From the NCBI RefSeq assembly GCF_035084215.1, contig NW_027139264.1:310001-374000 (forward strand): a stretch of DNA of 64,000 bases. Direction: 5' to 3'. Positions 39,621-52,779 of this stretch are shown here, piece by piece (positions within the stretch are counted from its first letter, which is position 1; every line of letters begins with the position of its first letter). This DNA is from Heptranchias perlo. Taxonomy: Eukaryota. The notes under the pieces were generated by a model. It worked only from the letters and a program-made list of their open reading frames with translations, was not told where the DNA came from and did no database searches. The position numbers were made by a program, and so were the translations under genes.

Positions 39621-40164
39621 CGGGATGCGCTGTGAAGCTGGATCGCTTTCATGCCTCGATCTTCCGTGAATATCCAAGTGGAATTGGATGAGAGAGAAAA
39701 GAGAATCCAGTTCCCGATCAAGAGACATTATTATCCGGGAAGTGTCCAGTTCCCCCATCGATTCCCCGTTACATTTGAGACTGATGGGCTTCCATGAGGA
39801 ATTGTCACTTGGCCCAGGTTGTTCTTCAGCAGCTCGAATTCCATTCCACTCAGAGATTCTTTTTACAAAGAAAACTGTAAAATACTTTTAGTTTCAGGAA
39901 AATCAACAAGTTCCCACAAAGTAAATGCGCGACCCACAGGGCTGATTGGAGAGGAATCAGTGGGTGATTGAAACTCACAGCTCAGCAAGGAGTCTTTCCC
40001 CTTCTGAGTGTCAGAGAATTGTCCCCCAACAGCCCGTGACTTTCCATCTATTTCAATTAACGATCATAAAATCATGGACTGGAATGTGTAATTTCCTAAT
40101 GTGCCCCCTCTCCCCACACAACCTGCTTCCCCCCCAGTCCAGGGGCGCTGATCGCCGAGGGACA

Positions 40165-41650
40165 CAGGACACAGGAACAGGAATCGGCCATTTCGCCTCT
40201 CAAGCCTGTTCTGCCATTCATTGAGATCCTGGCTGATCTGTGAGCTGACTCCAGACACCAGCCTTATCCCCACATCCCTTTATATCTTTGGTTACCACAA
40301 ATCTATCAAACTCAGATTTAAAACCAATGGAGCGAGCATTAACTGCCGATTGCGGAAGAGAGTTCCAAACTTCTACCGCCCTTTGCGTCACTCCTGAAAG
40401 TCCTGGCTCTAATTTTTAGACTGTGTCCCCTTGTCCTGGACTCCCCAACCAGCGGAAATAGTTTCTCTCAATCTACCCGATCAGTTCCCCTTAATATCTT
40501 GAAAACTTCGATCAAATCACCCCTTAATCTTCTAAATTCCACAGAATACAATTCTAGTTTGTGTAATCACTCCTCGTAATTTAACCCTTGGAGCCCAGGT
40601 ATCATTCTCGTAAATCTACACTGTACTCCCTTCCTAAGGTGCGGTGCCCAGAACAGTACTCCAGGTGTGGTCTAACCAGGGCTTTGTACAGCTGTATAAC
40701 TTCTACCCTCTTGTATTCTAGTCCTCTAGATATAAAGGCCAGCATCCCATTAGCCTTTTTGATTATTTTCTGCACCTGTCCATAACATTTTAATGATCTA
40801 TGTACAGGGGCCCTTAAGTCTCTTTGGACCTTCACTGTTTCCAGCTTTTGACCATTTAGAAAGTACTTTGATCTCTCCTTTTTAGGTCCAAAGTGGATGA
40901 TCTCACATTTGCCTACACTGAAATCCATTTGCCACAGTTTTGCCCATTCACATAATCTATTAATATCTCTGTAATTTTATGCTTCCATCTGCACTGCTGA
41001 CAATGCTGTCTTTCTTTCTGTCATCATCAATACAGTGAATAGTTGAGGCCCCGACACAGATCCCTGTGGGACACCACTAGTCACATCCTGCCTATTTGAG
41101 TACCTGCCCATTATCCCTACTCCCTGTCTCCTGCCGCTCAGCCAATTTCCTAACCAGATCAATAATTTGCCCTCAATTCCATGAGCTTCAACTTTAGCTA
41201 ACATTCTCTTATGAGGGACTTTATCAATTTCCTTCTGGAAGTCCATATAAACAACATCCATAGACATTCCCCCATCCATTACTTGAGTCACCTCTTCAAG
41301 GCATGACCCTTTACAAATCCATGATGGCTCTCTCTGATCAGCTGAAAATTCTCGAGGTGTTCAGTCACTCGATCCTTAATTATAGACTCTAGTAATTTCC
41401 CAACAACAGATGTTAGGCTAACTGGTCTATAATTCCCTGGTTTCTCTCTCTCACCTTTCTTAAATTGTGGAGTGACGTGTGCAATTTTCCAATCTAAAGG
41501 AACGGTTCCTGAATCGAGAGAACTTTGGAAGATTATGGTTAGAGCTTCTGGAATGTTCTCACCGACTTCCTTCAAAACCCTGGGATGGAAACCATCTGGT
41601 CCTGGGGATTTGTCACTCTTTAGTGCCATTATTTTCTTCATTACTGTTAA
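40165..41650 (-). mobile_element. Degenerate CR1 LINE 3' half with internal deletions
   Basis: KSPGPDGFHP, NYRPVSLTSVVGKLLE, YMDFQKEIDKVPH, GVPQGSVSGP and RPHLEYC in broken minus-strand ORFs. Confidence 0.9.
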
Positions 41651-42673
41651 TTATGGTCCCTGATTCAGAATTAGTTTCCTACATAATTAGATGGAGAATA
41701 CTGTTGGGAAAATAAAAATGGTCTCTTTCATCCATTAAAAAAAGCCCGGTGCCCGGACGCTGAGGTTCTGCACGAGACTGTAATGCAAGACTTCTGGCTT
41801 GGCACTTGAATTTAAAAGCTCCTTCCTAGGCCCATGATCTGCTTGCCACTCCCTCCCTCTTCAGGCCTCCGTTCTGCTGCTGCTCCCTACCTCTACCCCA
41901 GGGCCCCATTCTTTACTGGTCTCTCCGTCTCTCACACTGCTCCTCATTTGATTTTTCCCGACTGCTCCCGCTTCTGTTTGCTCTCCTATGCTGTACGATC
42001 CTTGGCTGCCCCGCTGCCCCCATCTCTCTCCAGGCGGACACCCTCCCCAACCTCTCCCTCTCTCAAGTCCCTGCTTTCCTCACAAAATCTGGGCCCGAAA
42101 TTCCTTTGGGGAGTGGGGTGGTGGCAGAGGCAATGTAATCGGGGCTGGATTCTGGAACTGGACCCGGCTGCTCCAGGTCTCCATCCCTTTTTTCCCCCAA
42201 AGTTGGGAAATTTCACCGAGAGTGTGAGGGGTCACCTCTTGTGTCCTTTCCACCCCCCTCCACCCCCACTCCATGCGGACATCATTGGAAGAGATGGGAC
42301 TGTAAACATGGCACCATCCATCAGAACTCCCTCAGTTCCGCTCCCCAGTGCCCCCCAACACTAAGTACTCCTGTAGGGTCCGTATCAGGACTAGATCCCG
42401 GTGGAAGTGACCAAAAGCACTTTACAGTGAAGGATTTTGGACTTTTAAATACCAGTTTTAAGGATTAATTACCTGCTAAAGGAGCTGAGTTTGGTTAAAA
42501 GTATTAATTCAACATCGGAACTGTTGAACTGACTGTTCAAGGCGGCATGCTGGGCAGGTTGGCCACGTTGGAAAAGTGTTATTCGAACTGCCTGGAAGGC
42601 TAGAGATAAGGAGGCCTTGAAATATTGTGGGAGACCATCGTAAACACCAGGTGATGTTTTTGTAGTCTCAGTC

Positions 42674-43367
42674 CCCTCAGATAATGAAGCAGTCCGTGCC
42701 CGCGTGCAGCTCGACCTGGACAACATCCAGGCTTGGGCTGATAAGTGGCAAGTAACATTCGCACCAGACAAGTGCCAGGCAATGACCATCTCCAACAAGA
42801 GAGAGTCTAACCACCTCCCCTTGACATTCAACGGCATTACCATCGCCGAATCCCCCACCATCAACATCCTGGGGATCGCCATTGACCAGAAACTTCACTG
42901 GACCAGCCATATAAATACTGTGGCTATGAGAGCAGGTCAGAGGCTGGGTAGTCTGCGGTGAGTGACTCACCTCCTGACTCTCCAAAGCCTTTCCACCATC
43001 TACAAGACACAAGTCAGGAGTGTGATGGAATACTCTCCACTTGCCTGCATGAGTGCAGCTCCAACAACACTTAAGAAGCTCAACACCATCCAGGACAAAG
43101 CAGCCCGCTTGATTGGCACCCCATCCACCACCCTAAACATTCACTCCCTTCACCACCGGCGCACTGTGGTTGCAGTGTGTACCATCCACAGGATGCACTG
43201 CAGCAACTCGCCAAGGCTTCTTCGACAGCACCTCCCAAACCCGCGACCTCTACCACCTAGAAGGACAAGAGCAGCAGGCACATGGGAACAACACCACCTG
43301 CACGTTCCCCTCCAAGTCACACACCATCCCGACTTGGAAATATATCGCTGTTCTTTCATCGTCGCTG
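42674..43367 (+). mobile_element. 3' fragment of the same LINE family as 2905-5303
   Basis: Near-identical to 4436-5128 (DLDNIQAWADKWQVTFAPDKCQAMTISNKR...). Contains an in-frame TGA. Confidence 0.92.
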
Positions 43368-43850
43368 TAACAACAACAACAACAACAACAACCTGCATTT
43401 ATATATCGCCTTTAACGTCCCAAGGCACTTCACAGGAGCGATTATCAAACAAGACTTGACACTGAGCCACGTAAGGAGATGTTCGGACAGGTGACCAAAA
43501 GCTTGGTCAAAGAGGTAGGTTTGAAAGAGCATCTTAAAGGAGGAGAGAGAGGTGGAGAGGCGGAGAGGTTCAGGGAGGGAATTCCTGAGCTGAGGGCCGA
43601 GGCAGCTGAAGGCACGGCCGCCAATGGTGGAGAGATTAAAATTGGGGATGCGCAAGAGGCCAGAATTGGAGGAGTGCAGAGATCTCGGAGCGTTGTAGGG
43701 TTGGAGGAGGTCACAGGGATAGGGAAGGGCGGGACCAGGGAGGGATTTGAACACATGGAGGAATTTTAAAATCGAGGTGTTCCCGGATCGGGAGCCAATG
43801 TAGGTCAGCGAGCACGGGGTGGGTGGGGAACGGGTGACAGGGAGGGAAGG
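43368..43850 (-). mobile_element. L2 LINE 3' fragment with (TTG)n tail
   Basis: Similar to 7327-7740; GGRAFSCLGPQLRNSLP motif. Confidence 0.85.
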
Positions 43851-44439
43851 GAACACCACATTTTCTGGATGCTATTGGGTAGTTTCTGGGTCATACTTTG
43901 TAGTCGCCTGAGCAAGAGTAAGTGGGCTTGAGCAATCGAATGATACTCCAATACCTGTGGCCAGTGGGGTGACTCGGCTGGTGTCTCAGGATTGGAGGTA
44001 GACTGGACTGTAACCCAAAGAGACTGTGCACAGAGGGTCACCAGTCACTGTTTTAGACACTCTCTGTGCTGGGTGGTTAAAAGCCACTTTAAACTGATCC
44101 CAACTGGGGTGATGGTTGTAGGGCCGCGACATGTGGCCTCAGGGCCCCTGGGTTAGGGAGGGGACTGTTATCCCCACTCTAAATCAAACAGTGTTGGAAC
44201 TGTGCGTGTCTGGACATCGGACGGGCCAGGATCTGGCCAGGCTGTGTTGAAAAGCCTATTGATGCTTAGTGTCAAGGCTCACAGGTGTTTAATGGTCACT
44301 GGGGCGATATACTGGAGAGTGACCCCTGTCTGTGGAACCCTATCCAGCAAGAGGTTAATGGATTCAAGAGAGGAGGAGGAGGAGAGAAGGGAGTTGGTGA
44401 GGGAAGGAGTGTCGAGAATTTGCTTTCGATTCAGTGCTT

Positions 44440-44745
44440 GAAATCCGTATTCTAACTCGCACCAAGTCCCGTTCTCCCATCACCCCCTGCGTTCGCTGAC
44501 CTACACTGGCCCCCGGTCCGGGAACGCCTCGATTTTAAAATTCTCATCCTTGTTTTAAATCCCCCCATGGTCTCGCCCTCCCTATCCCTGTAACCTCCTC
44601 CAGCCCTACAACCCTCCGAGATCTCTGCGCTCCTCCAATTCTGGCCTCTAGCGCAGCCCCGATTTTAATCGCTCCACCATTGGCGGCCGTGCCTTCAGCT
44701 GCCTCGGCGTTAAGCTCTGGAATTCCGTCCCTAAACCTCTCTGGT
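44440..44745 (+). mobile_element. L2 LINE 3' fragment
   Basis: CTGACCTACACTGG...GGCGGCCGTGCCTTCAGCTGCC...CTCTGGAATTCC, same family as 7327-7800 in the opposite orientation. Confidence 0.8.
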
Positions 44746-44934
44746 TCTCCAGCAGTCTCCCTCAGGATTCCTGTCTTCTTCCTTCCTGTCTCCACACAGT
44801 TCCTGAATCCCCTTCTGTCCGTGATTCTGGCTCCCCTTAAATCCTCTCTTTGGTCTCCTTCCTCCTGCTCTGTGCTCTGAGGTGTCTCCCTGTACACTGT
44901 TTTATTGTAAGTTGCTGTACACAGTCAAAACATC

Positions 44935-45385
44935 ACATTGGAACATAGGAACAGGAGGAGGCCATTCAGCCCCTCGATCCTGTTCCGCCATTCAATTAGA
45001 TCATGGCCAATCTGCATCTCAACTCCATCCTTGGTGCCATATCCCTTAATAACCTTGCCGAACAAAAATCGATCAATCTCAGTTGTGAAATTTTCAATTG
45101 ACCCCCAGCCTCAACAGTTTTTTGGGGGAGAGAGTTACAGGTTTCCACTCCCCTTTGTGTGAAGAAACGCTTCCTGACATCACCCCTGAACGGCCTGGCT
45201 CTAATTTTAAGGTGACGCCCCCTTGTTCTGGATTCTCCCACCGGAGGAAATAGTTTCTCTCTATCTACAATATCAAATCCTTCAATGATCTTAATTACAG
45301 CACCCGTTAATCTTCTGCACTCAAGGGAATACAAGCCTAGTCTGTGCAACCTGTCCTCATAATTCAACCCTTTCAGCCCCCGGTA
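44935..45385 (-). mobile_element. CR1 LINE 3' fragment
   Basis: [18 protein letters not shown]...RKRFFTQRGVETCNSLPQ. Confidence 0.88.
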
Positions 45386-45621
45386 TGAAAGTACTTCTCA
45401 TAATGAATGGCGTTTCCGACATTACAACAGTGATGACACTTTCACATTACTTCACTTTCTGTGAAGCGCTTTGGGACATCCTGAGGTTGTGAAAGGTGAT
45501 GTATAAAAAGATCTTTTGTTCTTTCCGAACCTTCTTGTGCTGCTTCAGCAGGGTGACACTGAAATCGAAGCAGATTCGAAGCCTGCCCCCCCGTTCCCAC
45601 CTTCACCTCACAGCAACACAA

Positions 45622-45740
45622 TGGACTTTGGACTGTCCGATGTCCGATGTGTTGCTCAGGCCCACGACTGACTTTTATTTCTGAGCAAACACTGCCCGTT
45701 TATTATAGTCTCTGAGCGGGTCAAGGCCAAAGTGAACTCT
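45622..45740. promoter_or_regulatory. Candidate enhancer module, copy 1 (HNF4-, forkhead- and NR5A-like sites)
   Basis: TGGACTTTG at 45622-30 (HNF4 core), then GCAAACA, GTTTAT and TCAAGGCCA. 45662-45740 is duplicated at 46969-47047. Confidence 0.4.
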
Positions 45741-46004
45741 GTGTGTCCGATTGTGGGGAGAATGAGCTGCTGACTCTTCAATAATCAACTGGTGCTCGAG
45801 GCAAAAATACTCACAGTGATGTTGATCTGGGTGAATTAGAATAAATTGGCATCGAAGCAAATTCACAGACAGATTTTTATGTTAATTTTCAATGCACCGT
45901 CTTCGAGTCGCGCTTAACATGAGGCTCCTCAGAACAGCAATCCATGAGGATAACAGAGCATTGAACAATGTCACCAAATCCAGTCAGTGGACGTCATGCT
46001 CAAA

Positions 46005-46440
46005 CTGAGGGGGAGGGGGAAAGGGGAAGGGGGAGAGCATGGGGGAGGCAGAGGGATACGATGTGGGAGAGCGGGAGGGAGAAGGAGAGGGGGAGGGAGA
46101 TGGAGAGAGGGAGGGGGAGGAGATGGGAGTGGGAGATAGTGAGGGGTAGGGAGATGGGAGGGAAAGGGATGGGGAGGGAGAGGGGACGGGGATGGAGAAG
46201 GAGAAAGAGAGGTGGAGGATTGGGTAGAATTGTGCAGGGAGAGGGGGAAGGAGGGGATATGAGGAGGGAGGGGGGAATTGGATGAAGAGAGGGAGAGGAA
46301 GGGAAAGGAGATGGGGAGTGGAAGAGGACAAGAAGGGAGATGAGGAGGGGGAGGGAGAGGGAGATGGGAGTGAGAGGGTGGGACAGGGAGAGAGGGATGG
46401 TGGGAGGGAGAGGAGGAGGAGGGGACGGGGAGGGAGAGCG
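46005..46440 (+). repeat. G/A-rich low-complexity purine tract
   Basis: About 430 nt, almost entirely G and A. Confidence 0.9.
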
Positions 46441-46968
46441 AGTCGGGAGATTATCTGGCCATTAACTCGTTGCTATTGGTGGGATCTTGCTGTGCGCAAA
46501 TTGGCTGCCGTGTTTCCTACATTAAAACAGTGACTACACTTCACTAATACTTCACTGTCTGTAAAACTCTTTGGGAGGTCCTGAGGTGGTGAAATCACAA
46601 TAGGAATGTGAGTCTCTCTTTTCTTTGTGGTCCCATTGCCAGTGAGAGTCGGTGCATTGGGAAGAGAATGGGAGGGGTGAAAGTGGGAGTCTGGAATAGA
46701 CCATTGAAATACAGGGGGTGTAACCAGATGCAATGGTTTGGTGTTAATACTGGGCTGGGCCTCAGTGTGAACCCCTGCTGTAAGATGCAGGCTCAGACTC
46801 CACTCCCTGGGACCCAGTGATCAGAACAAGTCCCTCCATTCTAACTGGATCTGGTTATCAGACCTGCTGCACACAAGCACCAATAAGTAGCTTCAGACTC
46901 GAGTGGTGTTGAAAAGCGCAAGAGATTAAGTTACTGTTACAGCAGCTTCTCTCCTGGTTAATCCGTGT

Positions 46969-47047
46969 CCATGACTGACATTTATTTCTGGGCAAACACT
47001 GCCTGTTTATTGTAGTCTCTGAGCACGTCAAGGCCAAGGTGAACTCT
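46969..47047. promoter_or_regulatory. Candidate enhancer module, copy 2
   Basis: 79-bp ungapped match to 45662-45740 with 8 mismatches. GCAAACA, TGTTTAT and TCAAGGCCA are retained. Confidence 0.4.
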
Positions 47048-47164
47048 AAGGGGTCGATTTTAACCCCATGAACGGGTGGGTTTGGGTGCAGGTGGGAAGG
47101 TAAAAATTGTAAAAATCTAAAACCCGCCTTCAAACCGACCACTTCCGGTTTTAACGGCATGGAA

Positions 47165-50100
47165 CCATAGAAAAGATACAGCACAGAAGGGGGCTATTCG
47201 GCCCATCGTGTCCGTGCCGGCTCGAAGAACAACCAGGTGCCCATTCTAGTCCCACCTTCCAGCACCCGGTCCGTAGCCCTGCAGCTTACAGCACTTTAGA
47301 TGCAGGTCCAGGTACTTTTTAACAGAGTTGAGGGTCCCTGCCTCTACCACCAATTCGGGCAGCGAATTCCATACACCCACCGCCCTCTGGGTAAAAGAGT
47401 TTTTCCTCATGTCCCCTCTAATCCTTCCGCCAATCAGCTTAAAGCTATGTCCTCTAGTTCTTGAACTCTCCACTAGGGGAAACAGGTATTTCCTGTCTAC
47501 TCTATCTGGGCCCCTCATAATTTTGTACACCTCAATCAAGTCTCCCCTCAGCCTCCTCTGCTCCAAGGAAAACAACCCCAGCCTATCCAATCTCTCCTCC
47601 GAGCTGCAATTTTCAAGCCCTGGCAACATTCTTGTAAATCTTCTCTGCACTCTCTCCAGAGCAATTACGTCCTTCCTGTAATGTGGTGACCAGAACTGCG
47701 CACAATACTCCAGCTGTGGCCTGACCAGCATTTTATACAGTTCCATCATTACATCCCTGATTTATTATTCTATGCCTCTGCTAATAACGGAGAGCATTCC
47801 GTATGCCTTCTTCACAACCTTATCGACCTGTACTGCCACCTTCAGGGACCTGTGCACATGCACTCCAAGGTCTCTCACTTCCTCTACCTCTCTCAATATA
47901 TTCCCGTTTACTGCGTATTCCCTTTTACTGTTTGCCCTCCCTAAGTGCATTACCTCACGCTTCTCCAGGTTGAACTCCATTTGCCACTTTTCCGCCCACT
48001 CCACCAACCCATTGATATCTTCTTGGAGTCTGCAGCTATCCTCTTCACTATCAACTGCACGGCCAATTTTTGTCGTCTATAAATTTGCCAATCATGCCCC
48101 CTACATTCAAGTCCAAATCATTAATATATACCACAAACAGCAAGGGACCCAACACTGAGCCTTGTGGCACACCACTGGAAACGGATTTCCATTCTCAAAG
48201 ACATCCATCGACTTTTACCATTTGTTTCCTGTTACTGAGCCAATTTTGGATCCAATTCACCACATTTCCCTGTATCCCATGGGCTTTTACCTTTCTGACC
48301 AGTCTGCCATGTGGGACCTTGTCAAATGCCTTACTAAAATCCATGTGGACATCACTCTCATCAATCCTCCTTGTCACTTCCTCAAAGAGTTTAATCAGAT
48401 TTGTAAGGCATGACCTTCCCTGAACAAATCCATGCTGACTATCCCTGATTAAACCATGCCTTTCCAAGTGACAGTTTATCCTATCTCTCAGTATTGATTC
48501 TAATAGTTTGCCCACCACCGAGGTAAGACTGACCGGCCTATAATTGTTCGGCCTTTCCCTCGTACCCTTTTTAAACAACGGTATTATGTTTGCAGTCTTC
48601 CAGTCCTCCGGTACCTCCCCTGTATCTGGTGAGGATTGGAAAATGATCCTCAGAGCATCCGCTATTTCCTCACTGGCTTCCTTCAATAGCCTGGGAAACA
48701 ATCCATCCAGCCCTGGTGACTTATCAAATTTCAAGGATTCCAGTCCCTCTAGTACTTCCTCTCTCGTTATGTTTATTTTATCCAATATTTCACACCTCTC
48801 CTCTTTAACGACTACGTCCAGATCATCCCTTTCCCTTATGAATACGAAGACAAAATATTCATTTAAAACCCTACCCACATCCTCTGCTTCTGCACACAAG
48901 TTACCCTTATCGTCCCTGATAGGTCCCACCTTTTCCTCAGCTATCCTCTTGTTCTTAATGTACTGATAAAACATCTTTGGGTTTTCTTTAATCTTACTCG
49001 TTAATATTTCTTCATGCCTGCTCTTTGCTTTCCTTATTTCCTTTTTTACGTCATCCCTGTACTTTCTATACTCCTCCAGGCTTTCTGCAGTATTTAGTTT
49101 TCTGTGACAGTCATAAGCTTTCTTTTTCTGCTTTATCTTGCCCCGTATACTTCTAGACAACCAGGGGGCTCTAAATTTGGCAGTGCCACCCTTTTTCTTT
49201 GAGGGGACGTGTCTGCATTGTACCCGTAGAATTTCACTTTTTAGTGCCTCCCACTGGCTTGCCACTGATTTCTCCTCAAGGAGTTGTGTCCAGTCCACTT
49301 CTGCCAAATCACCTCTAAGTTCTGTAAAATTTGCCTTCCCCCAATTTAAAACATTTACTCCTGATTTAACACTGTCCCTTTCCATAATAATGCTAAAACT
49401 AACTGAATTGTGGTCACTATCCCCATTATGGTCACCCACTGTCACTTCACCCACTTGCCCATCTTCATTTCCCAGGACTAAATCTAGAATTGCATCCCCT
49501 CTTGTTGGGCTTGTCACGTACTGGCTAAAAAAGTTCTCCTGGACACCAATCAAGAATTTTGCGCCCTCTGTGCCCCTCACACTGTTTGAATCCCAGTTGA
49601 TGTTAGGGTGGTTGAAGTCCCCTACTATTATTGCCCTCTTATTTTTGCACTCAGAAATTTGCCTACATATTTGTTCTTCTATCTCCCTTTCGCTATTCGG
49701 GGGTCTAGAGTACACTCCTAGTAGTGTGACTGCCCCTTTTTTATTCCTTAGCTCAACCCATACGGCCTCGATTGATGATCCATTTAGCACATCATCCCTT
49801 CTCACAACTCTAATTGATTATTTAACCAATAATGCTACCCCCCTCCTTTTATATCACCCACTCTATCCTGCTTGAACACTCTATATCCAGGGATATTGAG
49901 CTGCCAGTTATCCCCCTCTTTAAGCCAGGTTTCCATTATAGCAATGATATCATGCTGCCACGTGTCTATCTGTGCCCTTAGCTCATCTGCTTTGTTTGTA
50001 ATACTCCTTGAATTGAAGTATATACCCTTTAACCCCGTCAAATTCCTGCGCTGAACACTATTTAACCTTTGCTTTTTTGCATTTCTGAGTCGCTAACTAC

Positions 50101-50490
50101 GTCACTAACTGCTTTTCTACTTTGCGTTTCCTGGTCTGAATTTGTCCTATCTGTACCTGCCCTTTGGTTCCCATCCCCCACCATACTAGTTTAAACCCTC
50201 CCCAACACAACTAGCAAATGTCCCCACGAGGATACTGGTCCCGGTTCTGCTTGGGTGCAATCCTTTCATCTTGTACAGGTCCCGCCTTTCCCAGAATCGG
50301 TCTCAATGCCTCAGGAATTTAAACCCCTCCCTCCTACACCATCTCTCAAGCCACGCATTCATCTGGTCTATTCTCCTATTTCTGCTCTCGCTGGCATGTG
50401 GCACTGGGAGTAATCCTGAGATTACTACTTTAGAGGTCCTGCTTTTTAATTTATTTCCTATCTCCCAATATTCTGCTTGCAGGACCTCAT
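47165..50490 (-). mobile_element. Long CR1 LINE: 3' end of ORF1 (SGNH esterase-like) plus a nearly complete but frameshifted ORF2 (APE endonuclease + RT)
   Basis: ORF1 KVVISGLLPVP..RNRRIDQMNAWLERWCRREGF. ORF2 YFNSRSITNK..ETWL, VGDFNHP, SDH, YRPVSLTSVVGKLLE, DFSKAFDKVPH, through to the 3' end RPQLEYCAQFWSP. Confidence 0.95.
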
Positions 50491-50601
50491 CTGTTTTTTT
50501 TTTACAATACTTCACACTAAATTGTGGGAGTACGACTTAGGTTCAAACTAGTAAAAGGCGACTTGGGACAGACGTCAGGATGATATCTTCCTCATGCTAA
50601 A

Positions 50602-50770
50602 GCCTCGATTTTAACCTAACCTGTCCAGAGGGAATGGGATGGATTTGGTTCAGCTTCAATGGAGCGTAAAATCGGGCAGGGTATAAATAGGGCGAACCAT
50701 GTGACCTGTTACTAAACGGGGAACAGAGAGGAGACAATAGGAGGGAGTCCACAGTTAAAGTCAGAGGTCC
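50602..50770. mobile_element. Short MITE-like element
   Basis: Imperfect inverted ends GCCTCGATTTTAAC ... GTTAAAGTCAGAGG. A related end GGGGTCGATTTTAAC is at 47050. Confidence 0.45.
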
Positions 50771-51711
50771 TGTGGTGGGATAAAGTTGATGTAGATAGGG
50801 TGGAGTCAGCTTGGAGCATCAACCAACTGATGTCCAGGTTCGGTGACAGGGTGTGGAGGGTGAGTGAGTCCAGAAGCTATTTGAAGGGTAGATTATCGGA
50901 GGACGCACTGCTGGGGGGGATTTCCGTGGGGATGAAGAGTCAGGAGGTTTGGAGAATCGATCGCAGAGCAGAAGAACGATGGTGAAGATGGAGGTCACTG
51001 TAAGATCTAGAAGCAGCGGAGGAATGGACTTCGGCCAAGGGGAGTGAATTTCTGGCCAGGAACCAGACTGTAGAAAAATAAAGCTGATAAACCAGTAGTA
51101 CAGTCATAAACTCAGCAGGTAATAGCTGGGGGATGGGCTGTGGGCTGGACAAAGTTACCTTAACTCTTAAGCAGCTGAGTCTTCCAGTGCAGTAGCGTAG
51201 TGTTGAGAAGTCGAGGAATTTAGAAGCCAAATTTGAGCAAAGATCCAGTTTTCTCTGATGTAAACAAAGAGCAGGCCCGGTCGGGGAATGGGCAGTGGGC
51301 CCAGGTAAGTTTAAACTTGCAGCTTGAACTTGTGGGTAGGGGTAAAATGCACCCACTATTAGAGCCAGGGAACTTAACCAGTGGAAGAGAGGAGATTGGG
51401 GGAGAAAGGGCAAAGGATGGCAATGGATGACCAAGGATAGGATTGTCCAGCAAAGGAGCTCCCGAGGGAGCAGCCAGCCCAGGAGCCATCTTGTTAACAG
51501 TAGGAATCGTAGGAACATAACATTGTACAGCACAGAAGAAGGCCATTTGGCCCATCATGCTATGCTGGCTCTCTGAAAGCGCTACCCACTTTCTTCTGAC
51601 CTTTGCCCAGACTCTTTTAAAAAGAAAAATTAAAAAAAATATTTATCCACTTTCCTTTGAGCAGCTATTGTGGGACCTGTTCCCCCCACTGGTCGGGCAG
51701 TCTGACCAATG

Positions 51712-51869
51712 ATTTCCTGCTCCAGAACTCCTGGGAGCTCCTAACGGAAGCTGCCACTTCACCAAGCTCTGAGCTTCTAGCTAGTAAAATGAATGGTGGG
51801 AGAATCACGGCTGAGGAATTTTCCAACGTGGGCTAGTGGTGTCCGCTTGGAGCATTGAAGCAGGAAATC
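51712..51869. mobile_element. Short MITE-like element
   Basis: Perfect 11-bp inverted ends GATTTCCTGCT / AGCAGGAAATC. Confidence 0.45.
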
Positions 51870-52051
51870 CCAGCCTCCGTCTCCGAACATCCCTCTCCAT
51901 TAACAAAATTCCCTCTAATCTCTCCCTTTGCTCTTGACCTTAAATTTATGCCCTCTAGTTTCCGACTTACTGACCAACGGAAAGTGTTTATTCTCTTTAT
52001 TTTACCAAACCCCTGATAGTTTGGACCCCTCTATCAGATCCCCTTGACCAT

Positions 52052-52716
52052 TAGCAATTAGGAAGGCAAATGGTATGTCGGCCTTTATTACAAGAGGATT
52101 TGAGTGCAGGAGTAAAGATGTCTTACTGCAATTATACAGGGCCTTGGTGAGACCACACCTGGAGTATTGTGTGCAGTTTTGGTCTCCTTACCCAAGAAAG
52201 GATATACTTGCCGTAGAGGGAGTGCAACGAAGGTTCACCAGACTGATTCCTGGGATGGCGGGATTGTCGTATGAGGAGAGATTGAGTCGACACGGCCTGT
52301 ATTCTCTAGAGTTTAGAAGAATGAGAGGTGATCTCATTGAAACATACAAAATTCTTACAGGGCTCGACAGGGCAGACGCAGGGAGGATGTTTCCCTTGGC
52401 TGGGGCGTCTAGGACCAGGGGTCACAGTCTCAGAATAAGGGGTAGGTCATTTAGGACTGAGATGAGGAGAAATTTCTTCACTCAGAGGGTGGTGAATCTT
52501 TGGAATTCTCTACCCCAGAGGGCTGTGGAGGCTCAGTCATTGAGTGCATTCAAAACAGAGATCGATAGATTTCCAGATATTAAAGGCATCAAGGGATATG
52601 GGGATAGTGCAGGAAAATGGCGTTGAGGTAGGAGATCAGCCATGATCTTGTTGAATGGTGGAGCAGGCTCGAGGGGCCGGATGGCCTACTCCTGTTCCTG
52701 TTTCTTATGTTCTTAT
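52052..52716 (+). mobile_element. CR1 LINE 3' fragment
   Basis: ORF 52075..52626, LVRPHLEYCVQFWSP...FFTQRVVNLWNSLP, plus the 3' UTR. Confidence 0.93.
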
Positions 52717-52779
52717 CTCTGTACCAGTGAAAAGAATCCCAGTCTGTTCTCATAACTCAAGCCTCTCATCGGAACCTCG

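Noticed and set aside
16464-39721. Very long ORFs (1632 aa, 934 aa and many 200-400 aa) with repetitive peptides
   Set aside because: They are translations of minisatellites, open in several frames and on both strands, shifted by unit indels and in part spanning N gaps. There is no evidence of a mucin-like gene.
39885-39975. MHC-type ISRE/S-X-Y promoter (CTGATTGG at ~39942)
   Set aside because: The X/X2 match and spacing are poor, no leader exon follows, and it is 14 kb from alpha1.
44841-44912. Signal-peptide-like frame ILSLVSFLLLCALRCLPVHCFI followed by GTAAGT, as the class I leader exon
   Set aside because: No ATG (ATC directly after an in-frame TAA), and the donor is phase 0 whereas alpha1 needs phase 1. 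CT-richness explains the hydrophobicity.
46727-46785. MQWFGVNTGLGLSVNPC with a phase-1 GTAAGA donor, as the leader exon
   Set aside because: The phase fits but there is no hydrophobic core. The leader is left unidentified.
48195-49805. 536-aa EN-RT ORF as an active LINE or domesticated gene
   Set aside because: Frameshifted at both ends, and the element is 5'-truncated within ORF1. It is an ordinary dead CR1 copy.
50682-50692. TATAAATA as a class I TATA box
   Set aside because: It lies inside a MITE-like element with no leader ORF downstream.
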